Positions 13,810 through 22,010 of a stretch of DNA of 32,000 nt are shown in pieces. The notes beneath the pieces were generated by a model. That model had not been told where the DNA came from and made no database searches. It saw nothing but the letters and a program-made list of their open reading frames with translations. This stretch comes from an uncultured Acidimicrobiaceae bacterium (lineage in GTDB: Bacteria > Actinomycetota > Acidimicrobiia > Acidimicrobiales > Salinilacustritrichaceae): assembly GCA_963731885.1 (NCBI GenBank), contig CAVSXR010000021.1:22067-54066 (forward strand), written 5' to 3'. The translations under genes were made by a program, and so were the position numbers. The stretch's first letter is position 1, and each line of letters starts with the position of its first letter.

Positions 13810-14570
13810 TTCGACGGCCGGTCTGTCGGCCCGTCCTCTTCCGTGTCGTCCAGTACCTCTGAGCTGGGGTTTCGCGGATCCGACGTACCTTCTTGTACCC
13901 CGGCGTCACCCCCTGTGGCAACCGATCCGTTAGAAGATCCGTTAGAAGAATCGGCGACCACACCAGGACCGTGACACGAAGGATCTGCCGTCCCGATCGC
14001 GTCAAGGGTCTGGCCCAAGATCTTGGCGCCCTGGCGGTCTCGCATATCGTCCTCCTCGATGCGCTCCCGCGCCTCAGACACGTCAAAGAGTCGACGGTCG
14101 AGGCACTGGCGCACGATCCTCGCCAGCTCCTCCTTCTCGGTGTCCACTGCGATGTCGATCACCGTGCGCAGCGCTGTCGTACACGGGATGCCGTCCACGA
14201 CCGTCGTGTCCTTCTCGGGAATGTCCTTGTAGTGGACGATCACCTCTTGGTCACCAACACGCCGGACCTCGCCCAGGTCACCATCAGCGTCGATGAAGAC
14301 GTCGTCGAGAGTCTCGTCCTCGTCGAACTCGCAGCCACATGACAGCATCTGCCCACCGCACGTGGCACAGCGCTGAACATCGCACCCGAGGTGGTGGAAT
14401 CCGCCAGGAGCGACTCCACAATCGCCGCAACGCTCACGGGATGAGCTCCAACGTGGGAACTCCTTCCCCCACGGAATCATCGGGATGCTCACCCCGTCGC
14501 GGTGCATCGCATCCACGCAGCACGACGACGCGATGGTCATCTCTCGCTCACACCAACGGCACACAGCCAT
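13803..14570 (-). CDS. Cys-rich (zinc-ribbon-like) N-terminal domain protein with an AbiEi-like/DUF559-N-like middle region
   Basis: Start chosen at ATG 14570 ([11 protein letters not shown]..). The first 80 aa contain 11 Cys (CxxC, CGDC, CATCGG, CGC). The middle region has ..[16 protein letters not shown].., resembling the 'G-[IV]-P-x-T-x-x-x-R-T-x-x-D-x-A' motif. The low-complexity C-terminus reads into the att repeat (stop 13803-13805). Confidence 0.55.
   Translation of the reverse strand: MAVCRWCEREMTIASSCCVDAMHRDGVSIPMIPWGKEFPRWSSSRERCGDCGVAPGGFHHLGCDVQRCATCGGQMLSCGCEFDEDETLDDVFIDADGDLGEVRRVGDQEVIVHYKDIPEKDTTVVDGIPCTTALRTVIDIAVDTEKEELARIVRQCLDRRLFDVSEARERIEEDDMRDRQGAKILGQTLDAIGTADPSCHGPGVVADSSNGSSNGSVATGGDAGVQEGTSDPRNPSSEVLDDTEEDGPTDRPSNS
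13812..13865. repeat. Island-arm sequence, copy 1 (repeated at 15593-15650)
   Basis: cgacggccggtctgtcggcccgtcctcttccgtgtcgtccagtacctctgagc compared with cgacgcggtctgctgtcggccacgtcctctcccgtgtcagtccagtacctctcggagc gives roughly 85% identity with small indels. Confidence 0.7.
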
Positions 14571-14776
14571 GACCTTCCCCTTCGATCTGTGGCATCGAAC
14601 CCAGCGGTCCGTCACCAACACGGGCCGGAAGCCCGAATCATTGGGGGAAGCAGCGAGCCGCTCTCGGCGAGCGGGAAGGACCTGCGATTTGCGAGGTCGT
14701 CGAAGGATAATCCAGCTCGACCGTGACCGCGACGACGTCGAAAGCGAGCGGCGAAAGACTGCCAGTTCAAACATAA

Positions 14777-14794
14777 ATGGAAGGATCCTTCCAT
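14777..14794. promoter_or_regulatory. 18-bp perfect palindrome in a divergent intergenic region (candidate operator)
   Basis: ATGGAAGGATCCTTCCAT lies in a locally AT-rich stretch. It is 31 nt upstream of GTG 14825 of the wHTH-nucleotidyltransferase gene and about 200 nt upstream of the divergent gene start (14570). Confidence 0.45.
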
Positions 14795-14824
14795 ATTTGC
14801 TTGCTGATCCAGTAGCTTGACGAC

Positions 14825-15442
14825 GTGGACTTCGTCCGACCGATCGAGGCCATCGTGCCAGGCGCCCAGGGCCGGGTCCTGGCCGTCCTGGCCGAGACCA
14901 CCGCCGACCTGAACCTGCGGACCGTCGCCCAGCTCGCCGGGATCAGTCAGGCCCAAGCATCCCGTTTGCTGCCCGAGCTCGTGACACTCGGCGTTGTCGA
15001 GCGGCGTGAGGTACCACCGGCATCGCTGTTCCGGCTCGTGCCCGAGCACATTGCTTCCCGGGTACTGCTCGCCCTTGCCCGCTCGACCGACACCGTGCTC
15101 CACGAGATGGGCCGCCTGGCAGGCGCGCTCCTCCACCCGCCGGTGAGCGCAATCGTCTTCGGATCGTTCGCCCGCCGGGAGGCGGGCGCCGACAGCGACA
15201 TCGACGTCATGGTTGTCCGACCCGCAGGCGTCGACGAGGACGAGTGGTCTGCGTCGCTCGAAGTCTGGCGCCGCGACACACAGCGGCTCACCGGCAATCC
15301 GGTCGAGGTGCTCGAGGTGGGCGCCGATGAGGCAGCGGGGAAGCTCAGAAGCCGCTCCCCGGTGTGGGCCGACATCCGCCGTGACGGTCGTGTGGTGTAC
15401 GGGCTCGGCCTCGATGAGCTCCGGGGAGTGCCCAGTGCCTAG
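14825..15442 (+). CDS. wHTH-fused minimal nucleotidyltransferase (MNT-type antitoxin of a HEPN/MNT pair)
   Basis: The N-terminus ([46 protein letters not shown]) is MarR/ArsR-like wHTH. It is followed by the [22 protein letters not shown] NTase GS-x10-DxD motif. Confidence 0.8.
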   Translation: MDFVRPIEAIVPGAQGRVLAVLAETTADLNLRTVAQLAGISQAQASRLLPELVTLGVVERREVPPASLFRLVPEHIASRVLLALARSTDTVLHEMGRLAGALLHPPVSAIVFGSFARREAGADSDIDVMVVRPAGVDEDEWSASLEVWRRDTQRLTGNPVEVLEVGADEAAGKLRSRSPVWADIRRDGRVVYGLGLDELRGVPSA

Positions 15443-15612
15443 GCCCGGTCGCACCAAGCCGGTGTCCGCTGCGCAGGTCCGGGCGTACGCAGCCAAGGCC
15501 GAGGAGTTCGCCGTGGCCGCGACCAGCGATCTCGACGCCGGACGCAACATCGCCGCCACGACCCTCGCCATCCACGCCGGCATCAACTCAGCCGACGCGG
15601 TCTGCTGTCGGC
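15435..15612 (+). pseudogene. HEPN-domain toxin gene truncated after ~56 codons
   Basis: GTG 15435 overlaps the MNT stop. It reads ..AAQVRAYAAKAEEFAVAATSDLDAGRNIAATTLAIHAGINSADAVC, matching HEPN helices 1-2. The frame then becomes low-complexity exactly where the arm repeat (15593-15650) begins. No Rx4-6H motif is present. Confidence 0.6.
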
Positions 15613-15650
15613 CACGTCCTCTCCCGTGTCAGTCCAGTACCTCTCGGAGC
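15593..15650. repeat. Island-arm sequence, copy 2 (homologous to 13812-13865)
   Basis: See copy 1. Here it is not preceded by a tRNA fragment; it abuts the truncated HEPN gene. Confidence 0.7.
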
Positions 15651-15891
15651 CGCGGACGACGGTCGTCGGCCTCGGCGAGCGTCAGCTCTATCCGTTCCGG
15701 CAGCCGGACGTACGGCTCGTCAGACGACACATGCGGACGGAAGCTGGACGCCAGAGAGCCAGATCCTTGGCGTCGTTACGCGGATCGCCCGCATGACAAC
15801 GATTTGCGGGCGCCTGCAGCGGGGTGGGTGTCGGTTGCGACCGTGGCCGTCCGCTCCACCACGGGTCAGAGGTCGACGCCGTCCACCTAAC

Positions 15892-16410
15892 GTGGCGGAG
15901 GTGAGCGAACAGGAACGACGTGACTTCGTGGCACCACGGTCGAGCGGAGAGTCCAACGGCATCGACCGTGCGTCTCTCGACCCGGCGGACCCAGACGAAC
16001 GGCGGATCCTCATCCTCGCCGAACACCCCGATCTCGCAGCAGCTATCGACGCCGGGCGTTCAGAGATCCACATCGACGGCCAGACGATGAGCCCGGCGAT
16101 GCACATCTCGATGCACGAGATCGTCGCGAATCAGCTCTGGGATGAGGATCCACCTGAGGTATGGGAAACCGCGCGGCGGTTGATCGGTGCCGGCTATGAC
16201 CGACACGAGATCCTGCACATGCTCGCGTCCGTGGCCAGCGCCGGCGTGTACGCGGCGCTCGTCGAGGCTCGACCGCATGATCTCGACAAGACCCGAGCTG
16301 CTCTCAAAGCTCTGCCGGAGTCGTGGGAACGCGAGCGAGCCGAGATCCCCGAGCAGCGTCACATGAACCGAGCCGAGCGTCGGGCTGCCCAGCGAAGGAA
16401 GCGTCACTGA
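15892..16410 (+). CDS. DUF1841-like protein
   Basis: ..HPDLAAAIDAGRSEIHIDGQTMSPAMHISMHEIVANQLWDEDPPEVWETARRLIGAGYDRHEILHMLASV.. resembles the DUF1841 pattern (NP-x-LH...H..i..Q....P.....t..rL...G...He..H). The start is uncertain (GTG 15892 or 15901). Confidence 0.55.
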   Translation: MAEVSEQERRDFVAPRSSGESNGIDRASLDPADPDERRILILAEHPDLAAAIDAGRSEIHIDGQTMSPAMHISMHEIVANQLWDEDPPEVWETARRLIGAGYDRHEILHMLASVASAGVYAALVEARPHDLDKTRAALKALPESWERERAEIPEQRHMNRAERRAAQRRKRH

Positions 16411-16581
16411 GCTCTGGGGCTTACCGCGTCCGCCGGCCCACCCGCGGCCGGCGCGCCGCCACCGCTCGGGGATCATGCGGCGCGTCTGGTATCTGGGAGC
16501 CGCCCATCTCGGCGGCACCAACTGTCGGCTTTGGCCCGCCCAACGGCAACGGTGCGCTGCCCATTCCTTCTTCGGTCTCGT

Positions 16582-16911
16582 TCAGGCCGCGGTGTCCTTG
16601 CCGAGGTGGATGGGCACGCTTCGTCCTTCGTCCTCGAATACGGCGACGAGTTCGAGACGGGCACCGAGCGCTTCGAGGTACTGGCGCAGTGTCGAGACAC
16701 GGACGTCCTCGGAGTGCTCGAGCTTCGAGATCGCACCCTGGGTGACCTCCAACCGTCCTGCGAGTTCGGCCTGGCTCACGGCCTCGGCGTGGCGGAGCTC
16801 CCACAGTCGGATCTCCTCGAGGGTCTCGGCCCGCTTGGTGGCCAGTCGCTCGGCCGCTCCGGGGCGGGCGTCGACGTCCTTGCGGAGTTCGGAGAACCTG
16901 GTTCGTCCCAT
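16582..16911 (-). CDS. higA: XRE-family HTH antitoxin (HigA-like)
   Basis: WELRHAEAVSQAELAGRLEVTQGAISKLEHSEDVRVSTLRQYLEALGARLELV is an XRE HTH. The ATG shares one base with the upstream toxin stop (TGATG). Confidence 0.75.
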   Translation of the reverse strand: MGRTRFSELRKDVDARPGAAERLATKRAETLEEIRLWELRHAEAVSQAELAGRLEVTQGAISKLEHSEDVRVSTLRQYLEALGARLELVAVFEDEGRSVPIHLGKDTAA

Positions 16912-17267
16912 CAGATCAGTCCTTCATCCTTCAGTTCCTCGAGGTAGTCGTCGTAGAGGTCGTCGGCGAGAGGAACCGCCCAGAGGTACCAGTCGTTCCA
17001 CGCTCCGCTCTTGTCGCCACCGAGCAGCAGGATCACCTGTCGGCGAGGGTCGAACATGAACAGCACCCGCAACGCGCCTTCCTTCGCGGCCCGCAGTTCC
17101 TTCATGTTGTGGTGACGTGAGGCCTGTATCCGATCGACCACGGGCCGACCGAGATCCGGTCCCCGATCGGCGAGCAGGTCGACGCGATCGGTCACAGATT
17201 CCTGCTGATCGGCGGAAAGGTTCTGCCACCACTCCGCGAACTGATCGGTGACCTCGACCTGCCACAC
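16911..17267 (-). CDS. higB: RelE/ParE-superfamily toxin (HigB / Gp49-like 'addiction module killer')
   Basis: 118 aa with ..FAEWWQNLSADQQESVTDRVDLLADRGPDLGRPVVDRIQASRHHNMKELRAAKEGALRVLFMFDPRRQVILLLGGDKSG.. . The toxin-first gene order is typical of HigBA. Confidence 0.75.
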   Translation of the reverse strand: MWQVEVTDQFAEWWQNLSADQQESVTDRVDLLADRGPDLGRPVVDRIQASRHHNMKELRAAKEGALRVLFMFDPRRQVILLLGGDKSGAWNDWYLWAVPLADDLYDDYLEELKDEGLI

Positions 17268-17276
17268 CAGCCCAGT

Positions 17277-18305
17277 ATGAGGCTATTGCTCATGATGAGT
17301 CAAGACTCATGTCCGCTAGAGTCAGTCGCCGTGGCTGATGCGATCGACGAGTTGGTCGAGCGAGTGACGGTCGACGCGTATGGCGACTACGAACAGCTGT
17401 CCGCGTTCTGGCAGTGGTTCGGAGACGAGGCCCGGTTCCCGTTCACTGCGACCGTGGTCGGTGCCGAGGTGGAGGTCATGGGCGTGGACTTCCCCGGCGA
17501 CGAGCGCCGCGGTCTGGTCGCCAACTGCCGGAGAGACGGCGAAGATCATCTCGTGTCGTTGGTCGACGTCGTCCCGACCGGCCCGATGCCGGTGTTGACG
17601 CGACAGCTGGTGGATGCCTACCGACGATGGTCGGGCGTCGCCCCACTGCCCGGCCCGCGACGGAGTGCCGGCAGCGGGTGGCGGTACCGAAGCCTGTCGT
17701 CGGTGGACATCGAGGTGCCCGAGCCGCTGGACCTGCACGAGCGAGGCGTATGGGACCCGGCCGAGGAGTACTGGGGCGAACCGGGTGACGAGCTGCATCC
17801 GCTGTGGCAGGAGGTGATCGACGCCGGCCCACGACCAGCCTTCGAAATGGACCAGATCATCCCCGGCGTCGCCGCCGACGACTGGGACAGCGACCCGATC
17901 GTCGATGCCGCCGAGTTGCATCGGGCCGGTGAGCATCGCCGGGCTCGCGACCTGCTCGAGGGTCTGCTCGCACAGGATCCACGCTGTGTCGATGCTTGGG
18001 GGCATCTCGGGCTGATCGCGTTCGACGCCCGGGGTCCGGGCCCGGCCCGCGGTTTCTACGAGAGCGGGATCGCGGTCGCCGAGGCGTCGCTGCCCGATGG
18101 CTTCGGGGGCGTGCTGGGGTGGGGATGGATCGACAACCGTCCCTTCCTGCGCTGTCTCCACGGTCTCGGACTGTGCGCATGGCGCCAGCGCGCCTGGGAT
18201 GAGGCCGACGCCGCGTTCGTCGCCCGTATATGGCTCGACCCTGGGTCGAGCGGATCGCTCGCGTGTCTCGAACAGGTCCGCCACCGGAACCGGTGGAGCC
18301 GCTGA
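17277..18305 (+). CDS. Two-domain hypothetical protein (N-terminal 'DAYGxxEQ' small beta domain, C-terminal TPR-like helical domain)
   Basis: The N-terminus has VTVDAYGDYEQLSAFWQWFGDEARFPFTATVVGAEVEVMGVDF..GLVANCRRDGEDHLVSLVDV. The C-terminus has ..DPRCVDAWGHLG...GFGGVLGWGWIDNRPFLRCLHGLGLCAWRQRAWDEA..WLDP.. . The true start is uncertain (ATG 17277/17292 or GTG 17331). Confidence 0.6.
   Translation: MRLLLMMSQDSCPLESVAVADAIDELVERVTVDAYGDYEQLSAFWQWFGDEARFPFTATVVGAEVEVMGVDFPGDERRGLVANCRRDGEDHLVSLVDVVPTGPMPVLTRQLVDAYRRWSGVAPLPGPRRSAGSGWRYRSLSSVDIEVPEPLDLHERGVWDPAEEYWGEPGDELHPLWQEVIDAGPRPAFEMDQIIPGVAADDWDSDPIVDAAELHRAGEHRRARDLLEGLLAQDPRCVDAWGHLGLIAFDARGPGPARGFYESGIAVAEASLPDGFGGVLGWGWIDNRPFLRCLHGLGLCAWRQRAWDEADAAFVARIWLDPGSSGSLACLEQVRHRNRWSR
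17295..17310. promoter_or_regulatory. Inverted repeat ATGAGTC-AA-GACTCAT in the higBA / plus-strand-operon divergent control region
   Basis: It is a perfect 7+2+7 inverted repeat in the AT-richest patch of the island, about 30 nt from the higB start codon (17267). Confidence 0.4.
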
Positions 18306-18838
18306 TGACCAACAATGCCCGGCGGTCGCCGATCTTCGGGGCCGAGCCGTGGACGACGGCCGCGGGGGTCGAGTGGTCTCACTTCGACTGCTGGTTCGCG
18401 CTCGTGATCACGACCGACTTCGACGGCGATCCCGACGCGCTCCGCACCCAGCTCGAGACCACACTCCGTTCGTCATTGCACCGACGCGACGACACGCGGG
18501 CCAAGTTGAGCCACCTTGCCGACCTTCGCGCCCGTCTCGACGCGGTGGGGCTGGACTTCGAGGATCTGGCCGAGGTCGAGGAGCCGGACAAGCGGGTGTT
18601 GAGCAAGGCGCGTCGCAAGGTCCTCGAACAAGCGCTCGAGGGTCGGGCGATGACCGAGGCCATGCGCAACACCCCAGCCCACCGTCTCGAACAACGAGCC
18701 CGGTACGGGTACTGGGAGAAGTTCCCGACCAACCCCGACCGCTTCTACGAACGCCTCACCGGCCGACGGAACGACACCTTCGACCCCAAGGGCCGTTCGT
18801 TCGACATGACTCGCCGTCTACGGGACCGACTCGACTAG
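18305..18838 (+). CDS. Hypothetical protein (177 aa), translationally coupled to the preceding gene
   Basis: ATG 18305 shares one base with the upstream TGA. No domain is recognised. It ends at TAG 18836-18838, and the same frame continues open into the next ORF. Confidence 0.5.
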   Translation: MTNNARRSPIFGAEPWTTAAGVEWSHFDCWFALVITTDFDGDPDALRTQLETTLRSSLHRRDDTRAKLSHLADLRARLDAVGLDFEDLAEVEEPDKRVLSKARRKVLEQALEGRAMTEAMRNTPAHRLEQRARYGYWEKFPTNPDRFYERLTGRRNDTFDPKGRSFDMTRRLRDRLD

Positions 18839-18898
18839 CTCGACGGCCCCCGCCGCACGCTGCCCGACCGTCTCGCTCTGTACCGGGCGTTCCACACC

Positions 18899-19231
18899 GT
18901 GGGCCTCGAGCTCGCCCACCGGGGCGACGACTCCTACGGGGTCATCGGCGAGCTGCGCCTCGAGGCGTTCAAGACCTACCTGGCCATCGACTGGGCCACG
19001 GCCGGCATGGAGCCGGCCGACTACTGGCGGGACCTGTGCGAACTCCTGGTCTGCGAGACCCACGCCCTCACCTACGAAGACGACACCCTGCCGTTCCGGC
19101 GCGTCCCGGCCGGACAAGCCGACCTCGTCGAGACCATCCTCCTCACCCTCGAAGCGGAGTATCGAGCCGCCGTCGACGTGTTCCGGGCCGCCGACCAACC
19201 CGGCCACCACCGCGACCACCTCCGGGCCTGA
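18899..19231 (+). CDS. Hypothetical protein or C-terminal half of the preceding gene (same reading frame)
   Basis: It is in frame with 18305-18838, separated only by TAG plus 20 sense codons (LDGPRRTLPDRLALYRAFHT). The track start is an internal GTG. Confidence 0.4.
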   Translation: MGLELAHRGDDSYGVIGELRLEAFKTYLAIDWATAGMEPADYWRDLCELLVCETHALTYEDDTLPFRRVPAGQADLVETILLTLEAEYRAAVDVFRAADQPGHHRDHLRA

Positions 19232-19318
19232 TGCCACCAGCTCACCGGTGTGACCCTCGGCGACCCTGAAGGGGCGCACCCACCTGCCACCCACTGAGCA
19301 TTCGACGACCGTTTCGGG

Positions 19319-20182
19319 TCAGAACAGGGGCTGCTGGTCATCCCGATGACCGAAACCCTGTTGATGCCCTGCCGCTGTCTGGCTCGGATCGGTCGGAGCT
19401 GAATTGGTCAGAAGTGTTGGCGCCCAGTTGCGGATGCGGGCGTTCGGGTCACGGGCCGCCAGTTCGTGCGCAACAGTCTCACCGTCTCGAGCAGCGACGA
19501 GTTCGATCCCGGCGCGCCGAACACCGTGGTCACGCCACTCGACGGCCGCGTCGATCAGGCGATTCCGAGTCGCCATGTCGACGCCATCGATGACATCGAG
19601 GAGCCCGGCCATGATCGCGGCCGCTGACCGAGCATCGACGTCGCCGGTGCGCTCGAACAGCGCACCGACCTGCGCCGGGTCGTCTGCAACGAGTCGGGCC
19701 GCCGCCCATCGCCGAAGCGGAGGATGCACCTGTCGCGCCACGCATGCACCCTCGCCGTCATTCGGCTCATCGTCATCGCCGCCGTCGAACGCATCGTCAT
19801 CGATCGCGATGAGGGCCTCCTCATCGCCGAACCAGTCCTCGGGGACCACCCAGTACAGGACCCGGTCAGCAGCGAGGAACGCTTCTGCCAGCTCGTCCAG
19901 ATCCTCCGCGTCGACGCAGCCAGAGTCTTCGATGCGTCGGACCAGCTGAGACAGGCCGTTGCGCCACCGTGGATCGGTCAGCAACAAGAACGCTGTCGTG
20001 AACACCTCGTCGGGTTCGTTCTCGGCGATCCGGCGCAGCAGCCACAGGGGCTCCATCGTGTCGGTGCTGCGCCGGACCGGGCGCGAGAGCACGAGCACCC
20101 GATGCAGTGCGTCCGCGGTGGGCGCCGACCCCAGGTCCAGCAGCTCGCGCAACCCGTCGTTCGGATCGATCCACGACGTCAC
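19319..20182 (-). CDS. Hypothetical helical-repeat protein with an acidic insert (287 aa)
   Basis: The ORF has actinobacterial-like coding composition. GTG 20182 lies 5 nt after the upstream stop and is preceded by GGGGG. No domain is recognised. Confidence 0.5.
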   Translation of the reverse strand: MTSWIDPNDGLRELLDLGSAPTADALHRVLVLSRPVRRSTDTMEPLWLLRRIAENEPDEVFTTAFLLLTDPRWRNGLSQLVRRIEDSGCVDAEDLDELAEAFLAADRVLYWVVPEDWFGDEEALIAIDDDAFDGGDDDEPNDGEGACVARQVHPPLRRWAAARLVADDPAQVGALFERTGDVDARSAAAIMAGLLDVIDGVDMATRNRLIDAAVEWRDHGVRRAGIELVAARDGETVAHELAARDPNARIRNWAPTLLTNSAPTDPSQTAAGHQQGFGHRDDQQPLF

Positions 20183-20186
20183 CGAT

Positions 20187-20627
20187 TCACCCCCAGAAGA
20201 TCCCCGACCGGTCTGCGTCGACCGCGGCCAGCAGGTCGTCCACGGCGGAGGTTGGTGGGAACGGGTCGTAGCGAGGGAACTTCAGGTTCCGGTCTCGCCA
20301 GTACGTCGACCACTCCCGCCGTGCCTTCACGTAGTGGAACCGCACGATCGGGAACCGGGCCCACTCGCCGTCGGGGCCGGCCCGCCATGGCACCCGACAC
20401 TCCATCACCGTGAGACGCCGATCTGCGACGTCCAGCTCGTACCGAACCTGATCCCGCGCTCGTTCTGGCAGCGAGTCGTTGCGGGTCCCCACCCAGCGGC
20501 GAGCCCTCGCGACATCGATCTCGGGAAGCACATCCCCACCGTAGGAGAACGTCCCGGCCGACCAGAACCACGGCCCCGCCCCCGACCCGAACGGGGCGGC
20601 CACGGCGAGACGCTCGCGATGTGGCAT
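20187..20627 (-). CDS. DUF3024-like protein
   Basis: ..LPERARDQVRYELDVADRRLTVMECRVPWRAGPDGEWARFPIVRFHYVKARREWSTYWRDRNLKFPRYDP....DDLLAAVDADRSGIFWG matches my recollection of the DUF3024 pattern, including the terminal D-x-x-G-I-F-W-G. The start is set at ATG 20627. Confidence 0.6.
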   Translation of the reverse strand: MPHRERLAVAAPFGSGAGPWFWSAGTFSYGGDVLPEIDVARARRWVGTRNDSLPERARDQVRYELDVADRRLTVMECRVPWRAGPDGEWARFPIVRFHYVKARREWSTYWRDRNLKFPRYDPFPPTSAVDDLLAAVDADRSGIFWG

Positions 20628-20794
20628 CGCTGCCGATGGACGCGAGCTTCCCCCGAGTCCGTGTCGCTGCGAGCGCCCGCTCCAACCTGGGCTTTCGCGT
20701 CTCTGCATCCGAGCAGGCAGCCGCGTAAGGAGTCGTCTACCGATTGTTCCCCCGGGTTCCGAACGTCGGGACCCGAACTCGGAGGAGGAACAAC

Positions 20795-21985
20795 ATGGGA
20801 TACCTACGTCGTCGCGGCGACCGCTACTACGCCGTCATCTACGAAGGACTCGACCCCGTCACCGGTAAGGAGATCCGACGCTGGCATCCCGCCGGCACCG
20901 ACCTGGCCGAGGCCGAACGTCTCGTCGCGAAGCTCTCTGCCGCCGAAGCAACCAAGGTCGGTGCGGTGCGGTCACTGACCTTCGGCGCGTACCTGACCAG
21001 CCAGTGGCTACCAGCCAAGAAGCTGCACCTCGCGACCAGCACGTACCGGGGCTACGAACGCAACACGCAGCTCCACGTCCTGCCGACCCTCGGACAGGTG
21101 CCGATCCGGCGGGTGCGCTACCAGCAGATCGAATCGCTCTACGACGCCCTCCTCCACCCCAAGACAGGACGAGGGCTATCACCCAAGACCGTGTACGAGA
21201 TCCACCTCATCATCAGGGGTGCACTCGCCGACGCCTGCCGGCGCGGTCTGGTCACCCGCAACGTTGCAGTGCTGGCTCGGGCTCCCAAGCAACGGCACCT
21301 CCAGAAGATCGAAGGCGCCTCATTGACCGATGAAGAGCTACGCCAGCTCCTGCGCACGGCCGCTGGGCATCGACTGTTCCCGCTGTTCTGGCTCACCGCG
21401 ATGACCGGGATGCGCCGCAACGAGGTGATCGGCCTCAAGTGGCCCGACATCGACGTCAAGAAGCGGAGGCTCCACCTCAACCGAGGGCTCGTCGCGGTCG
21501 GCTACGAGGTCCATGAGACCCGTGGCAAGACCAAGACCGCACGTCGGTCGATCGATCTCGACGACACCACGCTCACCCTGCTCGATGGATGGCGTGCTCA
21601 CCAGGCCGGCGAGTTCGCTGCAGTCGGCATCGAGAATCCCGAGCAGTGGGTCTTCACCACAGGCGACGGCGGACCCGTCCACCCACACGCCGTCTACGAA
21701 GCGTTTCGGCGGATCGTTGCGAACGCCGGCGTCCCCACCATCAGGTTCCATGACTTGCGGCACACGCATGGGAGCTTGCTGATCCAGGACGGGATCCACG
21801 TGAAGGTGGTCAGCGAACGCCTCGGCCACGCCAACATCGCCTTCACCATGCAGACCTACCAGCACCTGCTTCCAGGCATGCAGGAAGACGCAGCCGCGTC
21901 GGCCGAACGGCTCGCCAAGCCCGTTCCCCCGACCGAATCCGCCTCGGGGGAACGCCGGGGGAAGCCTCGGAGGAAGAGCGCCTGA
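20795..21985 (+). CDS. int: Tyrosine recombinase / site-specific integrase (intact)
   Basis: GGAGGAGG precedes ATG 20795. The N-terminus is MGYLRRRGDRYYAVIYEG.. (arm-binding type). The catalytic set is present: TGMRRNE (R), HDLRHTH (HxxR), LGHANI (H), QTYQHL (Y). Confidence 0.9.
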   Translation: MGYLRRRGDRYYAVIYEGLDPVTGKEIRRWHPAGTDLAEAERLVAKLSAAEATKVGAVRSLTFGAYLTSQWLPAKKLHLATSTYRGYERNTQLHVLPTLGQVPIRRVRYQQIESLYDALLHPKTGRGLSPKTVYEIHLIIRGALADACRRGLVTRNVAVLARAPKQRHLQKIEGASLTDEELRQLLRTAAGHRLFPLFWLTAMTGMRRNEVIGLKWPDIDVKKRRLHLNRGLVAVGYEVHETRGKTKTARRSIDLDDTTLTLLDGWRAHQAGEFAAVGIENPEQWVFTTGDGGPVHPHAVYEAFRRIVANAGVPTIRFHDLRHTHGSLLIQDGIHVKVVSERLGHANIAFTMQTYQHLLPGMQEDAAASAERLAKPVPPTESASGERRGKPRRKSA

Positions 21986-22010
21986 ACCGGGGGAGCGCCC
22001 TGTGAACGAC

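Noticed and set aside
18836-18838. In-frame TAG as programmed read-through or pyrrolysine
   Set aside because: No pyl genes or PYLIS-like context are visible, and pyrrolysine is not expected in this kind of organism. A simple nonsense mutation in island cargo is more parsimonious.
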